DNA of 64,000 bases from Naegleria gruberi (lineage: Eukaryota). The notes under the pieces were generated by a model. The model was not told the DNA's origin. It saw only the letters and a list, made by a program, of their open reading frames with translations, and did no database searches. This document shows, piece by piece, positions 63,027 to 64,000 of this stretch (positions within the stretch are counted from its first letter, which is position 1; every line of letters starts with the position of its first letter). The position numbers and the translations under genes are program-made. The stretch lies in the NCBI GenBank assembly GCA_000004985.1, contig GG738883.1; one strand, written 5' to 3'.

Positions 63027-64000
63027 ATGATATCAAAATTTAGTATTCGAAATATAGCCATATTTATCTGTGGTGCATTATTATATGGTTTAATAACTGT
63101 ATTTTTATATCGTGCTGTATTTAATTCTAATAGTATTAGTGGAAATAAACTTTCTAATAGTGAAACTTCATCAGGTAGTGGAAAACATCATCATACAAAT
63201 AATAATCAACATAAACAACAAGAACAAACAACAATTAATGAAATTAAAAATCCTTTCGAATACTTTTTACCCACCAAAGATTCTATTAAAATGATGTCAA
63301 TTCCGCACAAGGATTCACAACCAAGTCTTGAAGAAATGAAATCAACACAATCAAATCAATGTGGTTCAACAGTTGGTAATACAGTTCCTGGAAGAGGGAA
63401 GAGAAGTGAAAATTTTGATTGGCCAAATTTTTCACCATCAAGTTTTAATATTGAAACTGATTTTAGAAAGTGGAAGAATGAAAGTATTGAATATTGGAAG
63501 AAGGTTTCTAGTAATTTGAATGGAGATTTATTGAATGATGAAAAATTAAAGATGAATGAAATGGGATTAACTTTAAATTCTCATTTGAAACCTAAAGATG
63601 GACATTTACCTATTTGGTTGAGAGTATTTAAGAGAAGAACACCACTTGATATTTCACTAGCAGCCATTTGTAAGATTGATGATATTTCTGATACAATTTT
63701 ATATGTTACTGTTGATGGTGGTGATTTTGATCCAGTTTTTGAAGAATTGGAGAAGGTTACTTGCGTGAAAGTTAAAATTTATTTCCATCCAATTTTGAGT
63801 GATTTGAAAAATTTAGGTTTAGGTGAAAGAAATTTAGACAATTCACTCACTCTAAATTCACATTACGTTTATGGAATGTATCTACTCACTCAGAAACTTA
63901 ATTATCCCTATGTGATTACAATTGAAGATGATTTGGAAGCTAGTCCTGATTTTTACAGATATCACTACAGTTTATATCATTTAGTTTATGGAAAGAATGC
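63027..64000 (+). CDS. GT13-family N-acetylglucosaminyltransferase (GnT-I/MGAT1- or POMGNT1-like), type II membrane protein; 5' portion only, CDS runs off the window end
   Basis: Open frame from the ATG at 63027 to position 64000 with no stop (absent from the track because it is unterminated). N-terminal signal anchor IAIFICGALLYGLITVFLY. The catalytic block YPYVITIEDDLEASPDFYRYH matches the GT13 EDD motif (VVVEDDLEVAPDFFEYF). Confidence 0.55.
   Translation, partial: MISKFSIRNIAIFICGALLYGLITVFLYRAVFNSNSISGNKLSNSETSSGSGKHHHTNNNQHKQQEQTTINEIKNPFEYFLPTKDSIKMMSIPHKDSQPSLEEMKSTQSNQCGSTVGNTVPGRGKRSENFDWPNFSPSSFNIETDFRKWKNESIEYWKKVSSNLNGDLLNDEKLKMNEMGLTLNSHLKPKDGHLPIWLRVFKRRTPLDISLAAICKIDDISDTILYVTVDGGDFDPVFEELEKVTCVKVKIYFHPILSDLKNLGLGERNLDNSLTLNSHYVYGMYLLTQKLNYPYVITIEDDLEASPDFYRYHYSLYHLVYGKN

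Noticed and set aside
1-64000. Prokaryote-style features: CRISPR arrays, operons, prophage or insertion sequences, rRNA genes
   Set aside because: The sequence is clearly eukaryotic nuclear DNA (spliceosomal introns, intron-containing tRNA, eukaryote-only protein families). No direct-repeat/spacer arrays, rRNA-like segments or transposase ORFs were seen. The only mobile-element candidate is the ORF-less inverted-repeat element at 22867-23648.

Overview
This is eukaryotic nuclear DNA, AT-rich (intergenic regions roughly 75-80% AT), very gene-dense and intron-poor. Start codons sit in an A-rich context (aaaaATG). I call about 37 protein-coding genes and 2 tRNA genes in 64 kb. Spacers are mostly under 300 bp, and some convergent genes end only 1-20 bp apart.

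Gene structure: several large genes are single-exon (EF-2 837 aa, beta-adaptin 914 aa, NELF-B-like 987 aa). Other genes carry 1-8 short spliceosomal introns with GTAAGT, GTATGT or GTTTGT donors and AG acceptors. The introns I could derive fall into two size classes, about 37-50 nt and about 60-210 nt.

Content:
- Housekeeping genes: EF-2, ribosomal proteins uS8/RPS22 and eL34 (both with 5'UTR introns), beta-adaptin, Gos1-like SNARE, NOM1/Sgd1, RBM26-like RRM protein, ATP23 protease, MRPL43/NDUFA2-fold protein, and an ACH1-type CoA-transferase with an N-terminal presequence.
- A neighbourhood of cilium/flagellum-associated genes: CFAP70, a NEK kinase, an ASH-domain MYCBPAP-like protein and an ARM-repeat protein.
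- Genes atypical for fungi: M32 carboxypeptidase, GT61 and GT13 (GnT-I-like) glycosyltransferases, NELF-B, SPF30, FBXO45-like, WDR81, a stand-alone RapZ C-terminal-domain protein, and a pseudokinase-DUF4116-Sel1 fusion.
- Two tRNA genes: Leu-AAG with an 11-nt intron, and Val-AAC.
- A ~780-bp imperfect inverted-repeat (MITE-like or foldback) element that fills one divergent promoter.
- A tandem pair of paralogous S/T-rich single-pass membrane proteins sharing a conserved C-terminal tail.

Organism inference: a flagellated, mitochondriate, AT-rich unicellular eukaryote with a compact genome. A heterolobosean-like amoeboflagellate or an early-diverging zoosporic lineage are candidates; this cannot be resolved from the sequence alone.

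All splice coordinates were derived by eye from the ORF track and local GT/AG context and may be off by 1-2 nt. Protein family assignments rest on remembered motifs and were not checked against any database.
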